Assembly: GCA_030390025.1 (NCBI GenBank)
Contig: JASTWF010000348.1
Location: 310,001 to 374,000, forward strand
Length of the DNA stretch: 64,000 nt
Origin: Squalus acanthias
Taxonomy: Eukaryota
Direction: 5' to 3'
Position 1 is the first letter of the stretch; every line of letters begins with the position of its first letter. Shown here piece by piece: positions 11,293 through 24,531 of this stretch. Below the pieces are notes generated by a model. It was not told the DNA's origin, searched no databases, and saw only the letters and a program-made list of their open reading frames with translations. Position numbers and translations under genes: made by a program.

Positions 11293-12582
11293 GGGTTAGA
11301 GGGGCCTCCCCAGATACAGGATTGTGAGAGAGGGGTTAGAGGGGCCTCCCCAGATACAGGAGTGTGAGAGAGGGGTTAGAGGGGCCTCCCCAGATACAGG
11401 AGTGTGAGAGAGGGGTTAGAGGGACTTCCCCAGATACAGGAGTGTGAGAGAGGGGCCTCCCCAGATACAGGAGTGTGAGAGAGGGGTTTAGAGGGGCCTC
11501 CCAGATACAGGATTGTGAGAGAGGGGTTAGAGGGACCTCCCCAGATACAGGAGTGTGAGAGAGGGGTTAGAGGGGCCTCCCCAGATACAGGAGTGTGAGA
11601 GAGGGGTTAGAGGGGTCTCCCCAGATACAGGAGTGTGAGAGAGGGGTTAGAGGGGCCTCCCCAGATACAGGAGTGTGAGAGAGGGGTTAGAGAGACCTCC
11701 CCAGATACAGGAGTGTGAGAGGCCCAGACAGGAGTGTGAGAGAGGGTAGAGGGCCTCCCCAGATACAGGAGTGTGAGAGAGGGGTTAGAGGGGCCTCCCC
11801 AGATACAGGAGTGTGAGAGAGGGGTTAGAGGGACCTCCCCAGATACAGGAGTGAGAGAGAGGGGTTAGAGGGACCTCCCCAGATACAGGAGTGTGAGAGA
11901 GGGGTTAGAGAGGCCTCCCCAGATACAGGAGTGTGAGAGAGGGGTTAGAGGGGCCTCCCCAGATACAGGAGTGTGAGAGAGGGGTTAGAGGGGCCTCCCC
12001 GATACAGGAGTGTGAGAGAGGGGTTAGAGGGGCCTCCCCAGATACAGGAGTGTGAGAGAGGGGTGAGAGGGACATCCCCAGATACAGGAGTATGAGAGAG
12101 GGGTTAGAGGGGCCTCCCCAGATACAGGAGTGTGAGAGAGGGGTTAGAGGGACCTCCCCAGATACAGGAGTGTGAGAGAGGGGTTAGAGGGACCTCCCCC
12201 GATACAGGAGTGTGAGAGAGGGGTTAGAGGGGCCTCCCCAGATACAGGAGTGTGTTAGAGGGGCCTCCCCAGATACAGGAGTGTGAGAGAGGGGGTTAGT
12301 GGGACCTCCCCAGATACAGGAGTGTGTGAGAGGGTTTAGAGGGACCTCCCCAGATACAGGAGTGTGAGAGAGGGGTTAGAGGGACCTCCCCAGATACAGG
12401 AGTGTGAGAGAGGGGTTAGAGGGACCTCCCCAGATACAGGAGTGTGAGAGAGGGGTTAGAGGGACCTCCCCAGATACAGGAGTGTGAGAGAGGCCTCCCC
12501 AGATACAGGAGTGTGAGAGAGGGGTTAGAGGGACCTCCCCAGATACAGGAGTGTGAGAGAGGGGGCTCCCCAGATACAGGAG
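11293..12582. repeat. 40-bp minisatellite
   Basis: CCCCAGATACAGGAGTGTGAGAGAGGGGTTAGAGGGACCT; period 40, about 32 units. Confidence 0.97.
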
Positions 12583-12624
12583 CAACATTCAAGTCTAGGA
12601 TAGTCTTGGGACTTTGTTGCTAAT

Positions 12625-13463
12625 GGGGCACAAAGCAACTAGCGCCGGCGCGACGATGTTTGCGCCCCTCACGAAAGTGAGCAGACATTTTGCGACGGCG
12701 CTAAACAGTACCGCCACGATCTCCTGCGCCGGCAGATCGTGACGTCAGTTGAGCGTGCAACGCCCTGGTTGCGCCCTCGACCGGATAATGAGTGGCGCCC
12801 CCTGTCTTACCGCCTGCTGCTAGCAACGACAGGTTGAGGGGTGCGTTTTGCAGTCGGGAAGGGACTGGGGGTGCGCTATTTAAAGGCGACTGCTTCCTGA
12901 CTTTTTTTGTCGCCGACATTTTTGCACCATGCATTCAGAGAGAGAGAGAGAGAGAGACTTCTGGAGAGATTCAACGCTGTGTGAAGGAGTTTTTGGGTAC
13001 TGAGCAGCACTTTGCAGGTTCATTTTGATTTGACCTTCCTTGCATCGATTCAGAAGAGACTATGGGGGCTGCACTCTGAGCTCTTTCCCTGGTACTCTCC
13101 ATTGTTCTTTCCAGCAGATTTGATGTACAGGTCTCTCCAGGCCGAGATTCAAGGCTGCAATGAGCAGGATGTGGATGGAGAGCAAGATCGACCCTCCCCT
13201 TTAAGAACTGGCCGGGGCCAGTGTGTCTGTGTTCCATTGCTGACTGACATTACATGAGCTTCGCCAGCGCTCTGAGGTAGCGCCTCGCTCCTCGGCGTTA
13301 GCGCCTTAAGAGAGATGTGTAGCGCCTGATTTAGCGCTCCAATCACCTCCAGGGGTGATAGAAGCCAAGTTTGCAGTCGCAGGCGATAATTTGCGCCAAG
13401 CGCTAAACTTTGCGACCGGCCGATAATCGCCCCCCAAACGGGGCGATACCGAATTTCTCCCCC
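12625..13463. mobile_element. GC-rich Harbinger-type MITE, left end eroded
   Basis: Colinear with 22791-23632; ends GAATTTCTCCCCC. Confidence 0.75.
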
Positions 13464-13627
13464 TGAAGGTTTGTCGAGGGTGAAGGGAGCATTGATGGAG
13501 AGTTTTAGCAGTGGAGGAGATGGGGGAGCGCCATCGGGAGAAGCTAGCAGGGTCAATGTTGACGGCTGATGTACTTCCTGTTTCCTTCTGATGCGTTTCC
13601 TGTCAGCCATTGCCCTTTGTTTTCCAG

Positions 13628-13721
13628 TGGTCTTCGGCCGGGAGTGTTGAAGGATCCTAAGCTGATGGGGAGCATCTCATTCTTCATCTTTTTCTTCACC
13701 CTCCTCGTTCTGGCGAGACAG
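13628..13721 (+). CDS. ADCY4: Adenylyl cyclase exon (last TM helix)
   Basis: CCAG acceptor, GTACGG donor; phase fits the previous exon; GLRPGVLKDPKLMGSISFFIFFFTLLVLARQ. Confidence 0.95.
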
Positions 13722-13804
13722 GTACGGGGACGCAACGAGAATTGGGTGGGGAATGGACGGTGGGTGGGCGGGGTTGATATCCGTGTGGGGAATGGGGGAT
13801 CACA

Positions 13805-14705
13805 TATTACATAGGATTGCATAGGAGATACGGCACAGAAAGAGGCCATTCGGCCCAACCAGTCCATGCTTCACTCGAGCCTCCTCCCGTCTTTCCTCAT
13901 CTAAATCTATCAGCATCACCCTCTATTCCCTTTCCCCCTCATACGCTTGTCCAGCCTCCCCTTAAACGCATCGATACTATTCGCTTCAACCACTCCCTGT
14001 GGTAGCGAGTTCCACATTCTCACCACTCTTTGGGTAAAGAAGTTTCTCCTGAATTCCCTATTGGATTTCTTGGTGACTGTCTTATATTGATGGCCTCTAG
14101 TTATGCCCTTCCCCACAAGTAGAAACATTCTCTCTGTATCCACTCGATCAAAACCTTTCATCATTTTAAAGACCTCTATTAGGTCACCCCTCAGCCTTCT
14201 TTTTTCAAGAGAAAAGAGACCCAGCCTGTTCATCCTTTCCTGATATGTATACCCTCGCATTTCTGGTATCATCCTCGTAAATCTTCTCTGCACCCTCTCC
14301 AGTGCCTCTATATCCTTTTTATAATATGGCGACCAGAACTGTACGCAGTACTCCAAGTGTGGTCTAACCAAGGTTCGATACAGGTTTAGCATAACTTCAC
14401 TACTTTTCAATTCTATCCCTCGAGAAATAAACCCTAGTGCTTTTTTTATGGCCTTGCTAACCTGTGTCGCAACTTTTAGTGATTTGTGTATTTGTACTCC
14501 GAGATCCCTTTGTTCCTCTGCCCCACCTCGACTCACACCCTCCAAGTGATAAGTGACCTCCCTATTCTTCCTACCAAAATGTAATACCTCACATTCATCT
14601 GTGTTGAATTTCATTTGCCAATTATTTGCCCATTCTGCAAGTTTATTAATGTCCCCCTGTAACTTGTTGCAATCCTCCTCAGTATTGACTGGCACTGTGA
14701 ATAGC
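13805..14705 (-). mobile_element. CR1 LINE fragment (continues at 16231-16375)
   Basis: CR1 ORF2 motifs; the upstream KAFDKVPH region resumes after the nested insertion. Confidence 0.9.
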
Positions 14706-14780
14706 TGAAATAAAAAACAGAAAATGCTGGAAATACTCAGCAGGTCAGGCAGCATCTGTGGAGAGAGGAGCAGAGTCATC

Positions 14781-15897
14781 GGGCTGGATTTTGATACTGG
14801 GGCGGGTTGGGGTCGTGTTTTCCACCCGACGGCAATTGGATGTGGGAGATTGATGCGATTTTCACCTAATTGGGCAATTGAGTTCCAGCATGTGGGAACC
14901 CATGAACCAATTAGTGTTTTCAGTCTGAAAGTCGCCCCTGATGATGTCATCATTGCTGCTGCATTGAAGGTCCTCAGAGACTGCCTGGCCTTTGCTGTGA
15001 GAGGACCTGGATGCAAAATGAGCAGCAGCAGCCCTAAGTCTGCTCCCAGATATTTTTGCACCACCACTCCCAGATATGTCAGATATGTCGATAGATAGAT
15101 AGATAGATAGATAGATCGATAGATATGTCGATAGATATGTCGATAGATAGATAGATAGATATGTCGATAGATATGTCGATAGGTAGATAGATAGATATGT
15201 CGATAGATATGTCGATATATATGTCGATAGATAGATAGATAGATAGATATGTCGATAGATAGATATGTCGATAGATATGTCGATAGATAGATAGATAGAT
15301 ATGTCGATAGATAGATATGTCGATAGATATGTCGATAGATAGATAGATAGATAGATATGTCGATAGATATGTCGATAGATATGTCGATAGATAGATAGAT
15401 ATGTCGATAGATAGATAGATAGATATGTCGATAGATAGATAGATATGTCGATAGATAGATAGATATGTCGATAGATAGATAGATATGTCGATAGATAGAT
15501 AGATAGATAGATATGTCGATAGATATGTCGATAGATATGTAGATAGATAGATATGTCGATAGATAGATAGATATGTCGATAGATAGATTGATATATAGAT
15601 AGATAGATAGATATGTCGATAGATAGATAGATAGATATGTCAATAGATAGATAGATAGATATGTCGATAGATAAATAGATAGATATGTCGATAGATATGT
15701 CGATAGATAGATAGATAGATAGATATGTCGATAGATAGATATGTCGATAGATAGATAGATAGATATGTCGATAGATAGATAGATATGTCGATAGATAGAT
15801 AGATAGATAGATATGTCGATAGATAGATAGATAGATAGATATGTCGATAGATAGATAGATAGATATGTCGATAGATAGATAGATAGATAGATATGTC

Positions 15898-15949
<52 letters not shown>

Positions 15950-16178
15950 TCACATTCATGGTTCAGACCAGGCGTGCTTCATGTAAAAGAAGGGTTAAAA
16001 TCACAAAGGCCTTTCAAAATCGCATTATACAGGCAATTCAGTGCTTGTTAAGGGCCTTCACAGCCTATCCCGCCTCTTAATTGCGCGGAGGTGGGATGGA
16101 GGCGGGCGCCAGTTTTCGCAATTTTAACCCCCCCCACGCCTCCAAACCCGCCTCCACGGGTCGATGAAAATCCAGCCC
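14781..16178. mobile_element. Harbinger-type MITE
   Basis: TIR GGGCTGGATTTT / AAAATCCAGCCC; 3-bp TSD ATC. Confidence 0.85.
15073..15950. repeat. Compound (GATA)n microsatellite punctuated by TGTC
   Basis: Direct reading: (GATA)n TGTC (GATA)n. Confidence 0.98.
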
Positions 16179-16589
16179 ATCGGGTCAGGTCGATGACCCT
16201 TCGTCAGAACTGGAAAAAGTTGGAGATGAAACTGTGAATAGCCACCCTTTACCCCCTACTCTCTGTTTTCTGTCCTGAAGCCAGCCAGCAATCCATTCTG
16301 CTACTTGTCCCCACACTCCGCATTCTCTGACCTTGTTCATCAGTCTATCATGGGGTACCTTATCGAAGGCCTTATCAGGGGGCGGAACTGAACACTCACT
16401 GAAACGATCGATGCAATGTGCAGGGAGGCAAAACTAGATCTCGGGGGTGGGGGAGGTGGCTGGGGCTAGGGGGAACAGAGTAGGATCTTTGCCCCTCCCC
16501 ACCTCACCATCCCCCAACCCTGCCTCAACTCACCTGAAGTGTATCGGGCCTCAGCCAGACCTGAGCACTTCCGGGGTCCGAGTCGGTTG

Positions 16590-17075
16590 AAGTGTGTCAG
16601 TGGGTCTCACACTCTCGCCTCTGAGTCAGAAGGGCGTGAGTTCGAGCTCCCCCCCCGCCACTCCAGAGACTCGAGCCTCATAATCCAGGGCCAACACTCC
16701 CGGTGCCCAGTACTGAGGGAGAGCGCTGCACCGTCGGAGGTGCCGTCTTTCGGATGAGACGTTAAACCGAGGAACCCCCGTCTGCCCTCTCAGGTGGATG
16801 TAGAAGATCCCATGGCCACTATTGGAAAAAGAGCAGGGAGAGTTCTCCCTGGAGTCTTGGCCCAATATTTATCCCTCAACCAACAGCACTAAAAACAGAT
16901 GATCTGGTCCATTTATCACTTTACTGTTTGTGGGAGCTTGCTGTGTACAAATCGGCAGCCGCATTTCCAACATTACAACAGTGACTGCACTTCAAAAACT
17001 ATTTCATTGGTTGTAAAGTGTTTGGGACATCCTGAGGTCGTGAAAGGCTCTATAGAAATGCAAGTCTTTCTATTT
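16590..17075 (+). mobile_element. Deu-domain SINE
   Basis: Same head, core and tail as 4322-4805. Confidence 0.87.
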
Positions 17076-17078
17076 TTT

Positions 17079-17845
17079 GATGGAGAGACTCCCTCTTTAA
17101 AAGGGGTCCTGATGGAGAGACTCCCTCTTTAAAAGGGGTCCCTGATGGAGAGACTCCCTCTTTAAAAGGGATCCCTGATGGAGAGACTCCCTCTTTAAAA
17201 GGGGTCCCTGATGGAGAGACTCCCTCTTTAAAAGGGGTCCCTGACAGAGAGACTCCCTCTTTAAAAGGGGGTCCCTGATGGTGAGACTCCCTCTTCAAAA
17301 GGGGTCCCTGACGGAGAGACTCCCTCTTTAAAAGGGGTCCCTGATGGAGAGACTCCCTCTTTAAAAGGGGGTCCCTGATGGAGAGACTCCCTCTCTAAAA
17401 GGGGTCCCTGATGGAGAGACTCCCTCTTTAAAAGGGGTCCCTGATGGAGAGACTCCCTCTTTAAAAGGGGTCCTGATGGAGAGACTCCCTCTTTAAAAGT
17501 GGTCCCTGATGGAGAGACTCCCTCTTTAAAAGGGATCCCTGACGGAGAGACTCCCTCTTTAAAAGGGGTCCCTGACGGAGAGACTCCCTCTTTAAAAGGG
17601 GTCCCTGATGGAGAGACTCCCTCTTTAAAAGGGGTCCCTGACGGAGAGACTCCCTCTTTAAAAGGGGTCCCTGATGGAGAGACTCCCTCTTTAAAAGAGG
17701 TCCCTGATGGAGAGTCTCCCTCTTTAAAAGAGGTCCCTGATGGAGAGACTCCCTCTTTAAAAGAGGTCCCTGATGGAGAGACTCCCTCTTTAAAAGGGGT
17801 CCTGATGGAGAGACTCTCTCTTTAAAAGGGGTCCCTGACGGAGAG
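17079..17845. repeat. 33-bp minisatellite
   Basis: CCTGATGGAGAGACTCCCTCTTTAAAAGGGGTC, about 23 units. Confidence 0.97.
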
Positions 17846-18718
17846 GTGCTGCCGAAGAAGCCTTGGCGAGTTGCTGCTGTGCATCTTGTAGATGGTACAC
17901 TCTGCAGCCACGGTACGCCGGTGGTGGAGGGAGTGAATGTTTAAGGTGGTGGATGGGGTGCCAATCAAGCGGGATGCTTTGTCCTGGATGGTGTCGAGCT
18001 TCTTGAGTGTTGTTAGAGCTGCACTCATCCAGGCAAGTGGAGAGTATTCCATCACACTCCTTACTTGTGCCTTGTAGATGGTGGAAAGGTTTTGGGGAGT
18101 CAGGAGGTGAGACACTCGCCACAGAATACCCAGCCTCTGACCTGCTCTTGTTGGTATTTATGTGGCTGGTCCAGTTAAGTTTCTGGTCAATGGTGACCCC
18201 CCAGGATGTTGATGGTGGGGGATTCGGCGATGGTAATGCCGTTGAATGTCAAGGGGAGGTGGTTAGACGCTCTCTTGTTGGAGATAGTCATTGCCTGGCA
18301 CTTGTGTGGCGCGAATGTTACCTGCCACTTATCAGCCCAAGCCTGAACGTCGTCCAGGCCTTGCTGCATGCAGGCACGGACTGCTTCATTATCTGAGGAG
18401 TTACGAATGGAACTGAACACTGTGCAGTCGTCAGCGAACATCCCCATTTCTGACCCTATGTTGGAGGGATGGTCATTGATGAAGCAGCTGAAGATGGTTG
18501 GGCCTAGGACACTGCCCTGAGGAACTCCTGCTGCGATGTCCTGGGGCTGTGATGATTGGCCTCCACAACCACATCCTTTGTGCTAGGTATGACTCCAGCC
18601 ACTGGAGAGTTTTCCCCCTCTGATTCCCATTGACTTCAGTTTTACTCGGGCTCCTTGATGCCACACTCGGTCAAATGCTGCCTTGATGTCAAGGGCAGTC
18701 ACTCTCACCTCACCTCCG
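17845..18718 (-). mobile_element. Non-LTR retrotransposon fragment (CR1/L2-group, second family)
   Basis: VGMFADDCTVF and IYKAQVRSVMEYSPLAWMSA motifs. Confidence 0.85.
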
Positions 18719-18719
18719 G

Positions 18720-19008
18720 AATTGAGTATCCCTGATTTTAATTGCCCTACCATTGGTGGTCGTGCCTTCAGCTGCCGAGGCCTAAAGCTCTGGAATTCCC
18801 TCCCTAAACCTCTCCACCTCTCCGCCTCTCTCTCCTCCTTTAAGACGCCCCTTAAAACCTACCTCTTTGACCAAGCTTTTGGTCACCTGCCCTAATATCT
18901 CCTTTTGTGGCTCAGCGAAAAATTTTGATTGATAATCGCTCCTGTGAAGCGCCTTGGGACTTTTTACTACGTTAAAGGCGCTATATAAATACAAGCTGTT
19001 GATGTTGT
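18720..19008 (+). mobile_element. L2 LINE 3' end
   Basis: GGRAFS..KLWNSLP..FKTxLKTYLF; tail GGCGCTATATAAATACAAG(TGT)n. Confidence 0.85.
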
Positions 19009-19104
19009 TAGAATTTAGCTCTGTTGAGATTAAGCCAATCAGTAGCTTATCTCTAGTCTTTCAAATAATCAGGATCGACTGCAAACCACTTTGGTGGGTA
19101 TATT

Positions 19105-19871
19105 GGCCCTGAAATTCGCCTCCCCGGCTTGCCGCGGGGGGTAAGGATCGCGCGCGCACTTACCTACCGCGCCTGCCGTTGACCTCTGGGCCCACGGGGA
19201 CTTCAGCTCCTGGGCCTCCTGCAGCTGCCGGCGCGCAGTGCTTGCGTGTCCAGGGGCGCAGTTAGTGCGATGCGTCCCCTGTGATCACGTGGGCCATGGA
19301 GAGCCAATGGCAGCAGACCATCTTTCATTCATAGATTTGACAGGAAGACCTGTCAAATCTATGAATTGAAATCGGCCCCAAAACAACACCTAAACTTCAA
19401 ATACATTTTTTTAAAACCCATCACATTTTTAAAATAACTATAAGTTAAATAAATTAACCACTTTAAACAAAAATTTAAATTTTTGAAAAAATTAAAATAC
19501 TTTTTAACAGCGCTAAAAATAAACTTACCTTTCTTTAAAGTATCTAAAAAAGATAAACCTGTTGAATTTTTTTTTAAATTATAATTAATTAACCACTTAC
19601 CTTGTTAAAAACGGGTCCTGCGCCTCCTTTTTAAAAGCGCAGCTTCTTCCATACTTACCTTCCCGGAGAAACCTGGAAAAAAAACCTACGTTTGCTGCGT
19701 GCGTGCAGCCTCTCCCGCGCACGCGGTTCACCTCTGAACCGCCCCCATCACCAGACCGGAAGTTCCGGTTTCCCGCGCATGCGCAGTGCATGCAGGAAAC
19801 CGGCACTTCAGGAGGCCTTATGGGTGAGTACACAGCGCGTACTCACCCGGCAAGGGACGAATTTTTGGCCC
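19105..19871. mobile_element. Harbinger-type MITE with AT-rich core
   Basis: TIR GGCCCTGAAATT / AATTTTTGGCCC; TSD ATT; colinear with 29249-30013. Confidence 0.82.
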
Positions 19872-20321
19872 ATTGTGTTTGATCAGGGTTTAAGACGGAA
19901 TATAACACGCTAGTTATACAGCAAAAACATACGACCGTGACAAGCAGTTGGTACCGGTCCCGATCGGACAGACGGCTGGCGTGCGCGAACAGTTCTCTGG
20001 CTTGCGGCCTCTCTTCCTCTCGTCCAGAACCTCCGAGTTGGTGAGCGTGGGATCACTCTCGAAAGAGCGTTCGACCAGCCCAACGTCTGCTTGGCTCTCC
20101 CCCTCCACCGTCTGTGTGGGCAAGCCCTCAGGGTGTTATTTTTATTCTCTTTTTGGGCCTAATTTTCGACAAGACCATTTAACCTATAGGGGTTCCCCAT
20201 AAACCTCAGCACCCAATGGGGCGTCAAGTTCTTTGTCTCAATTCTTGGATGAAAGCTGTTCCCGAAAGGGGTCTCATGATCTCAGCCAGTTTGTCTTATT
20301 GATTAATCTTTCTGAAGCTTG

Positions 20322-20997
20322 GAACATAAGCAACAGGAGCAGGAGCAGGCCAATCGGCCTCCCGAGCCCGCTCCGCCATTCAATAAGATCATGGCCGATC
20401 CAATCTTGGCCTCACCCCCACTTTCCCGCTCTCTCCCCACACCCCTCGACTCCCTTGTAGTTCAAATGTCTGTCAATCTCCGCCTTGAATATATTCAATG
20501 ACTCCGCCTCCACAGCTCTCTGAGGTAGAGAATTCCAAAGATTCACGACCCTCCGAGAGAAGAAATTCCTCCTCATCTCCATCTTAAATGGGCGACCCCT
20601 CATTCTGAAACTATGCCCCCTAGTTCTAGATTCCCCCACTAGGGGAAACATCCTCTCAGCATCCACCCTGTCAATCCCCCTCAGAATCTTAGATGTTTCA
20701 ATAAGATCACCTCTCATTCTTCTAAACTCCAGTGAGTATAGGCCCAACCTGCTCAATCTTTCCTCATACGTCAACCTCTTCATCCCAGGAATCAACCTAG
20801 TGAACCTTCTCTGCACTGCCTCCAATGCAAGTCTATCCTTCCTTAAATAAGGAGACCAAAACTGTACGCAGTACTCCAGGTGCGGTCTCACCAGCGCCCT
20901 GTAAAGTTGCATCAAAACTTCCCTACTTTTATACTCCATCCCCCTTGCAATAAAGGCCTTCATTCCATTAGCCTTCCTAATGACTTGCTGTACCTGC
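20322..20997 (-). mobile_element. CR1 LINE fragment
   Basis: 195-aa ORF with CR1 motifs and 3' UTR. Confidence 0.92.
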
Positions 20998-21160
20998 AAG
21001 GTTCCTCCTTTGTAATTCGTGCCTTATCTCCCTGGTACAGTCAGTACTAGGCCTGGCCTTGTCCCCTTTCAATCATGAGGCCCAAGCCAGAGCTGTCCCA
21101 CTTCAGCCGGTCGTTATCTCACTTTCATATAACAGACTGCTCCATCCTGAGATGGATAGA

Positions 21161-21683
21161 TACATAGAAGATAGGAGCAGGAGTAGGCCATTCGGCCCCT
21201 CGAGCCTGCTCCGCCATTCAATGAGATCATGGCTGATCATCCAAATTCAGTACCCTGTCCCTGCCTTCTCCCCATATCCCTTGATCCCTTTAGCTTTAAG
21301 AAATATATCTAACTCCTTCTTGAATATATTTAATGAATTGGCCTCTACTGCCTTCTGTGGTAGAGAATTCCACAGGTTCACCACTCTCTGGGTGAAGAAA
21401 TTCCTCCTCATCACAGTCCTAAATGGCTTACCCCTTATCCTTAGACTGTGACCCCTGGTTCTGGACTCCCCCGCCATCGGGAACATCCTTCCTGCATCTA
21501 GTCTGTCTAGTCCTGTTAGAATTTTATAAGTTTCAATGAGATCCCCTCTCATTCTTCTAAACTCCAGCGAGTATAAGCCCAATCGACCCAATCTCTCTTC
21601 ATACGTCATTCCTGCCATCCCAGGTATCAGCCTGGTGAATCTTCGCTGCACTCCCTCCATGGCAAGAACATCCTTCCTCCGAT
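21161..21683 (-). mobile_element. CR1 LINE 3' fragment
   Basis: 137-aa ORF; apparent short TSD (GATAC at both ends). Confidence 0.92.
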
Positions 21684-22014
21684 ACCGTTACTCCCCTAAA
21701 TTCCTTTTATTCTCTGTCTTTCTATACTAATTAACTTTTAACTTTCTTCACAAGCAGTTTTGTTGAGCTAACTCCAATGCCTACCTCAGCATTACATCAT
21801 GGTTATTCACAATAACAGAAGAAACGTTGGCATTGGGCCTTAGGTGGTCCAATTAGAGGTCCATAAACAAGGTTGAAATCCTATCTTGAAAACAGCAGAG
21901 TTAGCTTGGAAACAAGATTATTTGTGATGGTCACAGTACAGACTGCTATAGCATCCACAGGGAACCAAAACACAAGCACATCTAAGCATCTATCTAGTTA
22001 TTCTAATTTCACAC

Positions 22015-22770
22015 TGTTCGCGAACTTGGTGTCATATTTGACCCTGAAATGAGCTTCCGACCACATATCCGCAGCATAACAAAGACCGCTTATTTCCACC
22101 TCCGTAACATCGCCCGTCTCCGCCCTTGCCTCAGCTCATCCGCTGCTGAAACCCTCATCCATGCCTTTGTTACCTCCAGACTTGACTATTCCAACGCACT
22201 CCTGGCTGGCCTCCCACATTCCACCCTACGTAAACTTGAGGTCATCCAAAACTCGGCTGCCCCGTGTCCTAAGTCGCACCAAGTCCCGTTCACCCATCAC
22301 ACCCTGTGCTCGCTGACCGACATTGGCTCCCGGTTAAGCAGCGCCTCGATTTCAAAATTCTCATCCTTGTTTTCAAATCCCTCCATGGCCTCGCCCCTCC
22401 CTATCTCTGTAACCTCCTCCAGCCCCACAACCCCGCCCCCCCCCCCCGAGATATCTGCGCTCTCTAATTCTGCCCTCTTGAGCATCCCTGATTATAATCG
22501 CTCAACCTTTGGTGGCCGTGCCTTCAGCTGCCTAGGCCCCAAGCTCTGGAATTCCCTCCCTAAACCTCTCTGCCTCGCTACCTGTCTTTCCTCCTTTAAG
22601 ACACTCCTTAAAACCTACCTCTTTGACCAAGCTTTTGGTCACCTGCCCTAATTTATCCTTATGTGGATCGGTGTCAATTTTTTTGTCTTAAAACACTCCT
22701 GTGCAGCGCCTTGGGACGTTTTACTACGTTAAAGGCGCTATATAAATACAAGTTCTTGTTGTTGTCGTTG
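22015..22770 (+). mobile_element. L2 LINE 3' fragment
   Basis: AYFHLRNIARLRP..LIHAFVTSRLDYSNALLAGLP; (GTT)n tail. Confidence 0.9.
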
Positions 22771-22790
22771 TATGAGTCTGAAGAGACTTT

Positions 22791-23632
22791 GGGGGGGAAA
22801 TTCAGTTGGTGAGTGCCTCCCGTTAGTGCCTCCAGGGGGCGCTAGCGACTTAGCGCCCGAGCACGGTGATTTTGGCGGCGCTCGCGAAGTTGACCTGTCG
22901 CTTTGCGCTGGCGCTAAACACTACCGCCACGGTCTCCTGCGCCCGCAGATCGTGACGTCATGCGAGCGTGCAACGCCCTGGTCGCGCCCCAGACTGGAAA
23001 TTGAGTCGCGCCCCCCTGCCTTAGTGCCTGCCGCGAGGAACGACAGGTAGAGGGGGGGACGTTTTCAAGTTGGGAAGGGGCTGGGGGGGAGGGGGTGGGG
23101 GGAGCGCTAAAGGCGGGCGCCTCCTGCTTTTTCTTCTCGGCAAAATCATCGGAACACGCAGGTTGAGAGGGAGAGAGATGTCTGGAGAGATTTAACGCTG
23201 TCCTGAGGAGTTTTGGTCCTCGGCACCGCTTTTGAGGTTCCTGAGCGCCCAGCTCTTTCCCTGGGCCCGTCCAGTAGTGCTTCCAACACAATTGCTTTCG
23301 AGGTCTCTCCAGGCCCAGCTTCAAGGCTGCAATGAGCAGGGTGCGGCTGGCCAGCAAGATGGGCCCTCCCCTTTAAGGAACTGGTCTGGCTTCCATGGTA
23401 GCTGACATCGCCTGAGCTTCGGTAGCATTCTGAGGTAGCGCCTCACTCCCCGACGTCAGCGCCTAGAGAGAGAGAGAGAGAGGTGTGTAGCGCCTGATTT
23501 AGCGCTCGAATCACCTCCAGGGGTGATAGAGGCGAATTTTGCAGTCGGAGGCGATAATTAGCGCCGGCCGCTAAACTTTGCGCCCGTCCGATATTAGCGC
23601 CCCAGAATGGGCGATGACCAATTTTTTCCCCC
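22791..23632. mobile_element. GC-rich Harbinger-type MITE
   Basis: TIR GGGGGGGAAATT / AATTTTTTCCCCC; TSD TTT. Confidence 0.82.
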
Positions 23633-24531
23633 TTTTAATCTCCAGTTCCAATACCGTCATGCCAGCACAGATTGGCGTCACATTTTTGTTCGCATAACCA
23701 TTGCTTTTTGCGGTATGTGTCAACGATCTTGACTTGAATATAGGGGGTATGATTCAGAAGTTTGCAGATGATACTAAAATCGGCCGTGTGGTTGATACTG
23801 AAGAAGGAAGCTGTAGACTGCAGGAAGATATCAATAAATTGGTCAGGTGGGCAGAACAGTGGCAAATGGAATTCAATCTGGAGAAGTGTGAGGTAATGCA
23901 TTTGGGGAGGGCTAACAAGGCAAGGGAATACACATTAAATGGTAGGACACTGAGTGGTGTAGAGGAACAAAGGGACCTTGGAGTGCATGTCCACAGATCC
24001 CTGAAGGTAGCAGGCCAGGTAGATAAGGTGGTTAAGGAGGCATACGGAATGCTTGCCTTTATTAGCCGTGGCATAGAATACAAGAGCAGGGGGGTTATGC
24101 TTCAACTGTATAAAACACTAGTTAGGCCTCAGCTAGAGTACTGCGTGCAGTTCTGGTCACCACATTACAGGAAAGATGTGATTGCACTAGAGAGGGTACA
24201 GAGGAGATTTACAAGGATGTTGCCGGGAGTAGAGAATCTTAGCTATGAGGAAAGACTGGATAGGCTGGGTCTGTTTTCCTTGGAACAGAGGAGGCTGAGG
24301 GGAGACCTTATTGCGGTGTATAAAATTATGAGGGGCCTAGATAAAGTGGATAGAAAGGACCTATTTCCCTTAGCAGAGGGGTCAAAAACCAGGGGGCACA
24401 GATTTAAAGTAATTGGTGGATGGTTTAGAGGAGATTTGAGGGGAAATTTCTTCACCCAAAGGGTTGTGGGGGTCTGGAACTCACTGCCTGAAAGGGTGGT
24501 AGAGGCAGGAACCCTAACCACATTTAAAAAG

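Larger units (their letters stand above)
14706..16230 (-). mobile_element. Penelope-type pseudo-LTR fragment split by a MITE
   Basis: 12-bp TSD ACTGTGAATAGC (14694-14705, 16231-16242); minus strand CTGACGAAGGGTCATCGACC...CACAGATGCTGCCTGACCTGCTGAG. Confidence 0.7.

Noticed and set aside
13916..15959. 575-aa and 365-aa minus-strand ORFs
   Set aside because: Read-through of a GATA microsatellite, a MITE and a CR1 fragment; not a gene.
16180..16210. Minus-strand CTGACGA box as another hammerhead
   Set aside because: The GAAA box is missing and a MITE interrupts the downstream part.
17499..17825. Periodic peptide ORFs (also 36552-37141)
   Set aside because: Repeat units of 33 and 45 bp are multiples of three; intronic with no splice support.
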